From Azolla caroliniana (Eukaryota > Plantae > Polypodiophyta): DNA of 64,000 nt. Of this stretch, positions 16,101-26,400 are shown piece after piece (within the stretch, counting starts at the first letter, position 1; every line of letters starts with the position of its first letter). The translations under genes were made by a program, and so were the position numbers. The stretch is taken from assembly GCA_043228905.1 (NCBI GenBank), contig JBHGNT010000015.1, positions 16,120,001-16,184,000 on the forward strand. The letters are read 5' to 3'. The notes under the pieces were generated by a model, which was not told the DNA's origin, searched no databases, and saw only the letters and a list, made by a program, of their open reading frames with translations.

Positions 16101-16540
16101 TGACTTGCCCCGTATGAGCCGTTGGCCTTCTCCATGGACGGCCAGAGCCGCGTGAAAAGCTTGGGGCTGCTGTAGACTGAACCAGCTGGCGGAGTCTCCA
16201 CGGCTTTGACCACAGGTGGCGGCAGGTCGAACGGAAGGGTGCCCATGTAGATGAGCATGCCGGAGATGTAGATGAGGGGCGCGAGTAGGAAGAATCCATG
16301 GCGCCTCAGCAGGAGAGAGAGGAGGAGGCATGCGAGGCGCTGCCAGAGGGTGCGTGGTGGGATGGGAGCCGTGGCCATCGTGATGATGGCGGTGGGCGGC
16401 GATACGAGTGGCCGGCCTCCTCCGCTCTTGGTCCGTCCATACCGGAGCCGGGGCGAGGATATAAGATGAGACGGCGGGGATTCAGGCGGCGATGACGATT
16501 GGAGGTGTCCGGGTGATGGCAGCCGTGTGTATGCGTGCAT
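965..16540 (-). CDS. ESMD1: O-fucosyltransferase family (GT106) protein, ESMERALDA1-like; 10 exons: 16540-16109, 12330-12255, 10963-10896, 10816-10728, 10636-10439, 8339-8132, 8057-7890, 7809-7642, 1417-1227, 1154-965 (1788 nt, 595 aa)
   Basis: Exons joined by hand at GT(GC)..AG sites with consistent phases and no internal stop. The protein has an [24 protein letters not shown]-terminus, a TM segment [29 protein letters not shown], and motifs [70 protein letters not shown] and KPDKRKL, matching Arabidopsis ESMD1 as I recall it. Confidence 0.93.
1227..1417 (-). CDS. ESMD1: ESMD1-like exon 9 ([14 protein letters not shown]...DTPNI)
   Basis: ACACAG acceptor, GTAAGG donor. Confidence 0.93.
1600..2690 (-). 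mobile_element. Highly decayed non-LTR (LINE) remnants in intron 8
   Basis: Scattered minus-strand motifs: [26 protein letters not shown] and CCWMWNQRI; many stops. Confidence 0.35.
2815..3275 (+). mobile_element. Decayed Ty1/copia fragments (protease motif and RNase H end)
   Basis: VDSGATAHM at about 2833; [24 protein letters not shown] at about 3105; purine-rich GAGAGGAGA followed by TG at about 3265. Confidence 0.6.
4751..7200 (+). mobile_element. Old internally deleted copia-like element bounded by diverged direct repeats (4751-4970 and 6944-7200)
   Basis: Shared ATTGACC-ATGCTAGAGATCTTT...ACCTAACTTGAGAATCT...GAGACAACA...AAGATGT blocks. Between them lie a zinc knuckle [14 protein letters not shown] (about 5546) and a frameshifted WIV.S.GASFH protease-like motif (about 5852). 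Confidence 0.55.
7642..7809 (-). CDS. ESMD1: ESMD1-like exon 8 ([10 protein letters not shown]...EELEPFK)
   Basis: GGGCAG acceptor, GTGAGC donor. Confidence 0.93.
7890..8057 (-). CDS. ESMD1: ESMD1-like exon 7 (DMVAFSCC...GKCPLTPLE)
   Basis: CTACAG acceptor, GTGAGT donor. Confidence 0.93.
8132..8339 (-). CDS. ESMD1: ESMD1-like exon 6 ([12 protein letters not shown]...SVHLRFEE)
   Basis: GATCAG acceptor, GTTCCC donor. Confidence 0.92.
8850..10250 (+). mobile_element. Degenerate LINE (RT domain to C-terminal Cys/His motif) in intron 5, antisense to the host gene
   Basis: [22 protein letters not shown] at about 8985; [12 protein letters not shown]; FKxLG; terminal [18 protein letters not shown]; many frameshifts. 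Confidence 0.75.
10439..10636 (-). CDS. ESMD1: ESMD1-like exon 5 (SFGDIYDE...[10 protein letters not shown]...LPRLRKL)
   Basis: TTTCAG acceptor, GTAAAA donor; lies within ORF 10435..10746. Confidence 0.92.
10728..10816 (-). CDS. ESMD1: ESMD1-like exon 4 ([29 protein letters not shown])
   Basis: TTACAG acceptor, GTGAAT donor. Confidence 0.92.
10896..10963 (-). CDS. ESMD1: ESMD1-like exon 3 ([22 protein letters not shown])
   Basis: TTTGTAG acceptor, GTATGT donor; start of the O-FucT domain. Confidence 0.92.
12255..12330 (-). CDS. ESMD1: ESMD1-like exon 2 ([25 protein letters not shown])
   Basis: TGTACAG acceptor, GTAATT donor; family WKPC motif. Confidence 0.88.
13190..13260 (-). mobile_element. 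tRNA-derived SINE-like head
   Basis: Minus strand reads TGGCTTAATGGTGG (A box) ... GGTTCAAGTCC (B box) at tRNA-like spacing; no intact cloverleaf. Confidence 0.55.
13562..14542. repeat. Perfect 489-bp tandem duplication in intron 1 (13562-14050, 14051-14539) with CTA junction microhomology
   Basis: Identical text and identical ORFs at 13795 and 14284 (offset 489). Confidence 0.95.
16109..16540 (-). CDS. ESMD1: ESMD1-like exon 1 (cytoplasmic tail, TM helix, stem)
   Basis: ORF 16085..16540; homology ends at ANGSYG, followed by the donor GCAAGT (phase 0). Confidence 0.88.
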
Positions 16541-16833
16541 AGGGCTCAGCCCGATGAAGGCGAGACTGCTGTAGCAGCATCAGTGGAGAATTAAGGGCTG
16601 GGAGGTGAGTAGCATTTGGCTCCAAAGAAACCAGACTCTCGATGAATTGCTAGGTCTTTTGGGGGGGGGTTGATTGATCCTCCTCACAGATCCAGGGGGG
16701 TGGGAACAAAAGAAACGCTTGTCCAGGAAGGGGCAGGCAGGAAGATTCCCTTGGCGGCGTGGGAGAAGGATCTGTAGGCACTGAATAGGATTGGAGGTGC
16801 AGAGGGTTGTTAAGATGGAGAGGGGGAAGAAAC

Positions 16834-16834
<1 letters not shown>

Positions 16835-16864
<30 letters not shown>

Positions 16865-16946
16865 GCAAGAAAAGAACCCTAAAAATGGCAGGAGGTGCAG
16901 CAGGGGAGAGGCAGGGCTTGGATCCACAATTGAATCACTGCTTCTG

Positions 16947-16977
<31 letters not shown>

Positions 16978-17160
16978 TCTTTTGGGTTTCTTTGTTGTTT
17001 CTTCTGTACATACATACATACATACATATACATAACATATATCTTCTTCTTCTTCTTCTTCTTCTTCTTCTTCTTTTCTTCTTCTTTTCTTTTCTTCTTC
17101 TTCTTGCATTCATGCATTGCCTTCCTTCCCATACTCTCTCTCTCTCTCTCTCTCTCTCTT
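16835..17160. repeat. Microsatellite cluster upstream of the ESMD1-like ATG: (CAGA)n, (CTT)n, (TACA)n, (CTT)n, (CT)n
   Basis: Directly visible simple repeats. Confidence 0.95.
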
Positions 17161-19629
17161 CTCGGCATCATCGTGCCCGAGAGACCGGACATTCGTATGC
17201 GTGTCCGCCCTCGTGATGGGCGCCACGCCCACCGACCCGCTCGCGGATCCGTGCACGCCCTGCAGAGGTTGTACATACATCGGGATATATGCATTGTTCC
17301 GCTCTCCCAACGGACTCGGCTTCCCTTCCCATCATTTGTATATGCATGCAATCAATTGATCCTGCACCGCACGCTCACCTACTATCCCCGCTATGTAGTA
17401 GTTAGTATCTTGCATCTTCGTTGGTGTTTGTACCCCTCTGCCCAACCATGTCTATGTTTGCATTCCCAAGTACCCCAACATGAACTTCATGGTGCCTCGT
17501 TTTTCCGATTCTAGTTATCCCCCCCTCCCCCCCCCCTTTATAATTGATCGAATGGAAAAATTCCTCACGTCAAGTACTTTCATTCTTTTGCCTGTGCGCT
17601 TTGCACTCTCATGTGTCTGTTAGTTCGAATGTCGTGCTCTTTGTGTTTTACGATGTAATGGCTCGAGAGAGAATGGGGCAAACTGTTAATTTACTCTTTC
17701 TTTAGGACCCATTGCCAACTGGGAAAAGGGAGGAACCAAGGGTCAATAGTAGGCCTTGTTGACTAGCATGGACCACTCGTTCCCTATGCCATGACATTTC
17801 ATGCACACTTGTTAGCGACCTGTATTGTTGTCTCGCCTCTTTCACGTGTAGATGGTCTTTTGTATCAATTTAATGCGAACAATACAAAGCGATTCTTCCA
17901 TTAAGGATATTTTCTTTTAGTGGCATTACATATGCACAATTTTGTGCACCATAAGTAGGAAACTTGTATGGTGTACTTGCATAAATAAGCTTAGAGCCTA
18001 GAAAAAAAACCATTGCTTAATGTTCTTGGCTCAACACTTTGCCAATTATCATGATGGCCCTCTAATGAAGTTTGTAATAGATTAACCCCAATATTTTTAC
18101 ATATCGATGTTTGGAATCATGAATTTGGTACAAAAGGGTAATCATTTGTCCAATTACTAATTTATATGCTACATTTGTAGCATATATGAGCATTGGCCTC
18201 CTATCCATTGCCTTTAGGGGCTCCAGGATGTGATACAAACTCAACTTCAATAGGGAATTGAGCATCTAATGTGCCTTTATTTAGGCTACTCATTGAGTCC
18301 CCAAGGAGAATACCTAGAATACAATTATGTGTTGATGGTTAGTTGTGTTATGTGTACAACCGTTATTTGTGAGTTTTTGTGTCATATATAATTTCTAACA
18401 GCTATTGTTGCTCACTCTATGAGCTACTAACATAGTACAATCTACAATCTATCCTCAAGCTTGCTAAACATCACTTCAATTAAGGCTACATCATTAGCTA
18501 AACAAATTGTGTAATTATTAGGATGGGCTTTCTACTACGAGCATAATTATGCATAGTTGTACAATTCCTTGAGAACTGGATTTGCCATTCACTGGGTCCA
18601 AGCACTTGATAATTCTACCTTACCTTGCTTGGATCATAAAATCACAATATTTGCACAGAGAAGGTTCGCATTAAAAAGAAGACTAGCATTACAAAGAGTA
18701 TCAAAATGCTCATGTAAAACAAATCCATTATAATAAACGTAGTAGAACTATGCTAGTGTGGTTAACCTCACACTATATTCTCTTTTTTTCATGCCTTCCA
18801 AATACATGGTTCAAGCTAGTGGGTCCTCCCACCAACTTCATTATATTTCATGGCAAATTGCAGCCTCCTTAAGAATTACCTTTTGGTACTAATGCTTATT
18901 GCCCCTCCTAACTTATAAACATTTATTGTTGATGGCAGACTTCTTTACATTTCCCCGATTTGACAATTGACGCTATGGCTTGTCGGTAGGTGTGAGGCAA
19001 GGTCGTACATTGATGATTGTTTTACTATTTTCGTCCACGAGAAACCATATTTTTTAGGGTAAAAAATATATAATGAAAGATGTCACACTTGAAGTGCAAA
19101 ATCTATGGTTAACTTTCATTTGAAGGTTGTAAATATTACATTACATGCATGTCAATATTATGCTATTTATTATGTCTATTAAATATCTATATATTAGGTA
19201 TCTAGATGCATGTGGTGTTTGGGTTAAATGTCTTTATATCATCATCATCCTACATATAAATTCCTTGTATTTTTTTTAATTTTTTTAATTTTTTATCAAT
19301 ATAATAATATTCGTTAATATTATTATGGTATTAGTTTTAGGGGAGGTCTCTACTCAATGTTGTTTTTTCATAGTCACCCTTGCTCATCGATCAAAGATTC
19401 GATGATAGTTTTCGTTTGCAAGAAAATTAACCGATAAAGTATTTTATAACTTTTCAATATTATGCTTCGATGACCCTAGTTCAACATATATTTTCACGAT
19501 GCATATATATAGAACTCCAAAAAATAGTTTTTCTCCATCTTTGTAAATTAATAACTAATTAGCCATTCAATGTTTTTTGTCTTTCCAATTTCAAACATGA
19601 TCCCTTCGCATATCATGAATTTTTAGGTT

Positions 19630-21029
19630 TTTTTTTTCCAAAAAGATTTCCTTCATTAATATTAAGAAAAAACACCAGAAGGCTACAAAATGTACAATTA
19701 GAGAGTGTTATATACAAAAGGATGATTAGGGCAAGGGCCAGGGGTGATGATATTTCCAGATTGGTCCTTGAGAGGAGACCGTGAATAGAGGCAACTTCCT
19801 CCATAACTGCAGTAATTTTTTCCTTTTCTTAAGAACAACCTCTGAAGAGCCCGACATATTGTCATATTGCCCACACACTACCACCAATAAGCTCTCCCAT
19901 AATTCCGGCAATATATATGAGAGAAGGGGAATTATGTAATCATATCGTCTTTTACAACGATACTTCCATAAGGTCCATAATGTAACTGTAGATATTGCTT
20001 TCCATACATGGGATGCATGCATTTGCTTTCGAGGTTGCTAAAAAGGGGAGATAGATATTAGATGCATGTTGATGATTGTCTTAACCTCTAGAGTATCATC
20101 TGCCTCATACAATAAGAGAGTGGAATGGAGAACCCCCTATATATCTGATCCCTAGGAGAAGAGGCAACCTGCATTAATTGTCAGGAATAAAGAAAGAACT
20201 TTATTCCATACCTGTTGGGCTAGTGAACATGACCAGAGAGCATCCTTGGTAGTTTCCTGCAAGTCACTGCAATAACTACATTGTCTAAGAATGGTTGCCA
20301 CATTTCCTTTCAATGACTGACCTACTGGTAGTGTTGCATGTAGTAAAAGCCATATGAAGAGAATGTATTTTGTTGGTCCCCTAAAAGACCAAATCTATTT
20401 CCAATAAGCCTTCAAATGATTGCTTGAAACACCCCACATACTCCGGTGCTTTTGAGCCACAGGAGTTGGATATATTCGTAGACATGAGTAAGGTTCTACC
20501 AAATTTTACATTATACTGAAAGAACGGAACTTTCTACATCATATCCATCATGGGACTAGTCCATAACCATCCCCCTGGGTCCCACATCAACCTATTAATT
20601 GGTTGTCATGCATATAACCAAAGCATATCCCACAAATGAGCTATTGACAGTTGAGGATCCAAGAGCCATTTCTTACTAGTTTTGGCAATCATCCTAACTG
20701 GAACAACGAGTAGGTTTTGTAGTAAATTATCTGAGGGTGTATAAGGCTGCAATTTATTATCCTGTTGAATATGGAAATAAAAAATACACCCGTTTGTAGA
20801 AATTCCATTAACAAAGAGCATCATGACATTCGTAAGGCAACCAAACCACATATGCTCCTGCATTGGCTGAAGTCGCGTTGAGGCATGTGAGAAGGTCGCT
20901 GAAATATCCATTGTCATTGTCTTCGCCTCATATATCGAGTGTAATTGCTTAAGACGATCCACTTCGGGCATTTGTTGAAAATGAATCCAGGATCTTACTG
21001 ATGTTGCTGGCCCATTGTCAAGTTTTCCC
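19630..21029 (-). mobile_element. 5'-truncated L1-type LINE (ORF2 C-terminus and 3'UTR) with poly(A) and a 16-bp TSD
   Basis: TSD CATGAATTT(T/C)TAGGTT at 19614-19629 and 21030-21045; T10 tail at 19628-19637. Peptides WTLWKYRC and EHMWFGC and the 3'UTR are homologous to the plus-strand LINE at 56.6-58.85 kb. Confidence 0.85.
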
Positions 21030-21045
21030 CATGAATTTCTAGGTT

Positions 21046-21608
21046 ATTCATGATACTCGTGTAAGATAATCTAGATGTTTCTTCTTTATTCCTAAATGAA
21101 ATATTGCTTAGAGAACCCCTCTCATAGAAACACATGGTATAGGTTGTTCAAGCATTTGCAACTCTTCGAACAATTCATTGTGGCTCATCATGTGGTTCAA
21201 TACACCTGAATCCACGAACCATATGTTATTCAATATGCTCGTGCTAGACTTCGTGGAGTTGCCTTGGTAGTTCTTATGTTTAAAGTTAGAAGCATAATTA
21301 GTAAGTTCACGTCCATTGTTAGAGGCACTCTTCTTCTTCTGGCATCATGCATTGATATAGTTGGGTTTATCATAATACCATCATCCCGCTTCTTTCAAAG
21401 TTTCATCTTCCTCTTCCATTATCATGCCATGAGTAATTTTCCACCCCATGTGGTTGTCTACCTCTATTGTAATTTCTTCCACCCCTCTTCTTCCTCTTCC
21501 AAGTCCATGCCCGAATGTGAATCCACCCTTGTTATGTGAATGACATTTGGTTATCCACACTCAAACTTCTTGTACCATAGTTGAAGTTTTCTTCCACTAA
21601 TAGTGTTG
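21046..21608 (-). mobile_element. Copia gag-end/protease fragment; target of element A, continuing at 34048-34090
   Basis: Minus-strand LLVEEN...DNQM and WFVDSGVLNHM. It joins across the TSD of A to RENPPSFFDLQST at 34048-34090. Confidence 0.8.
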
Positions 21609-21954
21609 TGTTGAGCGGAAAAGCTCAACATAGGCCGGATCGGCTGTATAAGCCAAGAGCCAGATCAGATGAAGACCGATCGGCTAGGCCCGGATCGGTG
21701 TTCGGAATGGAGAGCCGGATTGGAGAGAACTAGATCGGGGTCCGGATCAGTGCAGACTGGTAGGCCGTTAGAGGCCTACGATCCTGGCCTAATAGATAGA
21801 CCTATTTTTAGGAGTTAGTATCAAAGCTAAGTTATGAGCATTGAAGTACTTGTCAGTACTTTTGTCAGTCCTTTTAAGGACTTGTATAAAAGTGCTCTCT
21901 GAGCACATTCGATGTACAAAGTATTTAGTATTATTTTCGAAATGGACATGTTAT

Positions 21955-21999
<45 letters not shown>

Positions 22000-22106
22000 C
22001 GTACTCTCTGTGTATTTCCAATCTTTCCATTATGCCTTTGTTCTATTTCAGTTGTTATTCGACTGAGCCAGTTGTGTCTAAGAGCTTCTGCACGTAACTC
22101 ATTACA
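21609..22106 (+). repeat. 5' LTR of copia A
   Basis: TGTTGAGC...CATTACA followed by a tRNA-iMet-type PBS. Confidence 0.9.
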
Positions 22107-23452
22107 TGGTATCAAAGCATGAGGGTTGAGAATCCTCTACTACCGACAAAAAGAGCTTAAACAGACCAAGACCTAGCTTCTGGTAAAGAACAAAAAGAAA
22201 GAAGGAAGCAATGGACAGAAGCATGGCAAGCTCGCTTCCTACAGAAAAGCTCGACCGGAGCAACTGTTGTTGGGGTGGGGGGTGAAGCCATTCTAGGTTG
22301 CACCCCCCTCCCAAGGGATTAAGTTAGAGAGAGAGTGAGATAGAAAGACAAATAGAAAATGACACCGAATGAGAGGGGAAAAATCTATCTCTCTTATGTA
22401 CCCCATAAGGGGTTTTTATAGTACATAATGTAACAGTAAATAATGACGGTTATAAAAAGATAACCATTACATTATTGTCACATGCACATAATTGTGCATG
22501 TGCTCACACATACTCATCCTCACACACTCATATACATATTCCATATTACACACCTTAGACTTTACACACCATACACATTACACCTTATCCATCCTGTACA
22601 CCTATACGGATAACACCTGGCACGCCTGTGGGACAGTGCATTGCACGTCGGACCCACAAGCCCTTGCCGAAAAAACTCTTGTTGAACGAAACTCCATCAG
22701 TCTTCTCTCACGGTCGGAATTTCCTCGACCAGATTACTACTCGACGATCGATAACTTCGATCGGAGTTGGCTTGACACGAACCTTCTCGTTCGGTCAGCA
22801 TAATTGCATGATTGGATCGCACACCAATTGTCTTATCCATTGTGGTACCTTCATTTAGGTTTATCAATAATTGTGGGTGTGTATATATAGATATGTTTTC
22901 TTAGTATGTGTAGTGATGAGTTGTGTTTCCGAAATTTTATGTCCTACCCCTCTGGGTTTTTAAAAAATAAATAAATATTAAGTACCCTCCAGATTTCTAA
23001 AGTATAAGGGCATAGTATGGAATGGTCCTCAAGTACAAGGGCATAGTTATGGACGGTTTTAGAATGGTCCTCTTCAGCAAAATTTCTAAAGCACAAGGGC
23101 ATAGTATGGAATTTTAAAAACTCGAGGGCACGCAAACAAATTTCGTCCATTCTGCTGAAGATGTTGTAATCGTCCTTACCATTGATGCTAGGAGTAGAGC
23201 TCTCGAGAATGGATGCAATTCTTGTTGGAGCTGGCTATGGTGGTGATGATGGAGTTGTTGCTAGCGTTCGTAACTATACCACAAACTAATCATTCCCTCC
23301 GATTGACTCATCAGTGGCTATAATAGAAGATTCATCATTTCCTACTATGCCAAATCTAGGAGCCATAGTGAATATACCATCATTCTCTGGAGAAGCTCGT
23401 TCACAATGAGAAGTATTATTAGACTTTGTTGGGGCCGATAGAGAGAATCTAT

Positions 23453-26400
23453 TGTTGAGAGACAAGCTCAACATCGGCCGGATCAGCTGAAGAAGCCGAG
23501 GACCGGATCGGCTAGGACCGATCGGTTAGGTCGTTAGGAAAGATATTCCGTGAGGAATATATTTGGGAGTTAGTGTAGGAGCTCTTAATGAGCATTGAAG
23601 TACTGTCAGTACTCCAGTTAGTCCTTCTAGGGCTTGTACAAAGTGTTCATTGAACACATATATGTATTGTTTTTTTGTCTTTCATAATATACCATCCTTT
23701 TGGTGTCTTCTCTCTAACTCTCTCGGTCTCTCCCGCGTATACTGTGTAAGCTCAAGCTCTCCATTAAACCTGAGTGTTCTCCCTTCTGTTCTGTCTTTAT
23801 ACTTGCTTCTGCACGCTACTTTTTACATGGTATCAGAGCGCGAGGGTTGAGAACCTCTATGTAGCCGACACAGCTTGAGGAAGAAGAACAAGAAGAACGA
23901 TGGACAGAGGCATGGCGAGCTCGCTTCCAACAGAGAAGCTCGACAGAACCAACTACGCGTCTTGGTCCTACAAGATGCACCAGTACCTGCTCGAGCACGG
24001 CTACTGGAGTTATGTCAAAGGAGCTAATGACGCGGCACCCGAATCGACACACAGAGACTTTCCGTCGTGGGAGCAATCGGCGAGCAGGGTATTATACTGC
24101 TTCGCGTCGTGTGTGGGCGAACAACTATTGAGCTATGTTCGGGATGCAAAGACGCCGAAGGGTGCGTGGGAAAATCTGAAGAAGATTTTCGCCGCGAGCA
24201 CCACAGCCAGGAAGCTTTAGCTTCGACAGGAGTTGAGCAACCTACGACAACGTGACTTGTCGGTGGCGGACTATACCTCGAAGATCAAGGATATCTGCGA
24301 CTCCCTCGCCTCCATAGAGGTGAACATCGAGGAGAGCGAGATGGTCCAGATCTGTCTCGGAGGTTTGGCGTCGAAGTTCGGAGTGTTCCGAACGGCTGTG
24401 TGTACTCGGGAGAATACGCCGTCCTTTTTCGACTTACAGTTGATGCTCCTGGTAGAGGAGAACCACGCGGGTGCGTCGACGAGCACGCACACCGACAATA
24501 AGATGTTGTACACTGAGGGAGAAAGGCCCCGTGGTCGTGGCGGACGAGGCGAGTCGGTACGCAATGGAAGCGGCCGACGAGATCAAGGAAGAAGGCACCA
24601 AAATGATGCCGACAACAACTCCGGACCCTCCGGAAATAGGGGGAGTCGAAGCGATGAGAACCGGCAAGGGAAGGCCATCGCGGAGTGCTGGTACTGTGGC
24701 AAGAAAGGCCACAGGGAAAGTGAGTGCTAGAAGAAGCGCGCCGATTCAGAGAGAACTAGTTCCGGAAACGGCTCCAAACATACCGACAAGGGAAATCGGC
24801 AGCGATCGCACTACGCCGAAGACTCCGGGAGAGCCGGAGAAGGGTCTGCCTTCGTGTCAAGACACGAAGCAAACTCAATGAAATAGAGCACCCCGAGATC
24901 GGACGAGGTGTGGTACGTAGACTCCGGCGTGTCAAACCACATGACGAGCCATAAGGAGTGGTTCTCGTACCTTGAAAAACCGATACAACCTGGAGTAGTC
25001 GCAACAGGAGACGACACTCCGCATCCAATCACGAATATCGGAGAAGTTCCCCTTAGCCATGTTGGGCAGAAAGGGAAAGTCATGAACGTGCTGCACGTTC
25101 CGACAATCACGAAAAACTTGGTCTCGGTCGAACAGATCGTCGACCAAGGGATGGAGGTTTGGTTTACACACCTCGGGTGCTTCATTGAGGAAGAAGGCCG
25201 TGTGATTGCGCAAGGGCGCAGAGACGGGAGGATGTTCATCCTCGACTCCACTGACGGCGGCACCGCAATGTTCGCGAAGGGACAAAAATCCGAGTCGGAC
25301 ATTGACTTGTGGCACAAGCGGATAGGCCACGTCAACCACCAGCGGCTTCAAGATCTGCAATCGAAACAGGTAGTGTTCGGATTGCCCAAATTTAGTGGCC
25401 GAAAGGCACAAATTTGTGAAGCCTGCCAGCTCGGGAAGCAACACCGACTTCCCTCCCCAACGAGCGAAACTGGAGCCGGAACAAGCTCGACCTTATACAC
25501 TCCGATGTATGGGGGCCGACACAAAACGTTAGTCTTGGCGGGAGCCGATATTTCGTCTCCTTCATCGACGACCACATGCGGCACATGTGGATCTACCTCA
25601 TTGAGAGGAAGAGCGTCTTCGACTGCTTTCGAGACCTCAAAGGGTTCGTGGAAACGGAGACGGGACGAAAGATCAAGTGCTTGCGGTCGGATGGCGGGAA
25701 AGAGTACTTCTCCGGTCAATTCAACGGTTATCTACAACAAATGGGAATTCGGCGCGAATTTAGTTGCAGATACACGCCGGAGCAGAACGACATGGCCGAG
25801 AGGAAGAATCGGTCAGTTGTGGAAGCGGCACGGGCAATGCTGGAGGAGAAGAGCTTGCCCAAGTTCTATTGGGCCGAGGCGGTAAGGACCGCGGTATACA
25901 TCCAGAACCGGATCGGAGACAAAGTGTCGGCGCACGAGCAATATTTCGGAACGAAGCCGAACTTGCGACACTTGAGGGTGTTCGGTAGCATTGCGTATGT
26001 GCATATACCGAAGGAGAAAAGGAGGAAGTTGGACGCAAAGGCCGAGAATTGCATCTTGGTCGGTTACTCGGACAAGCAAAAGGGTTATAAGTGCTATAAC
26101 CCTCGCACCAAACAAGTGCGTGTCAGCCGCGACGTTGTGTTTGACGAGTCCACGTCCTGGTACCTGCCCCCGACTACGAACCTCGACTCCAATCCGAGCT
26201 CTGACGATGAGGTCAGCGAGGCCGAGATGCCTCCGGATGAGCCCGAAATCGAGACCCGCGAAGAGAGTCCGATTTCACTCTGGTTAAGTGGACCGATTGG
26301 ACAACTGAGTCGGTACGACCAGTCCGATGAAGAGCCGGCGAGTAGTGGAGACTCGACCGTGCATTCCTCGCGCAGGAAGCCGAGGAGATGGCTTACACGC

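Noticed and set aside
16580-17514. Long ORFs (138-235 aa) with poly-R/K/F/L tracts upstream of the gene
   Set aside because: Artefacts of stop-free microsatellites; no domain signature.
17850-19100. Possible Mutator/hAT transposase remnant upstream of the gene
   Set aside because: Only vague similarity; no diagnostic motif could be confirmed by eye.
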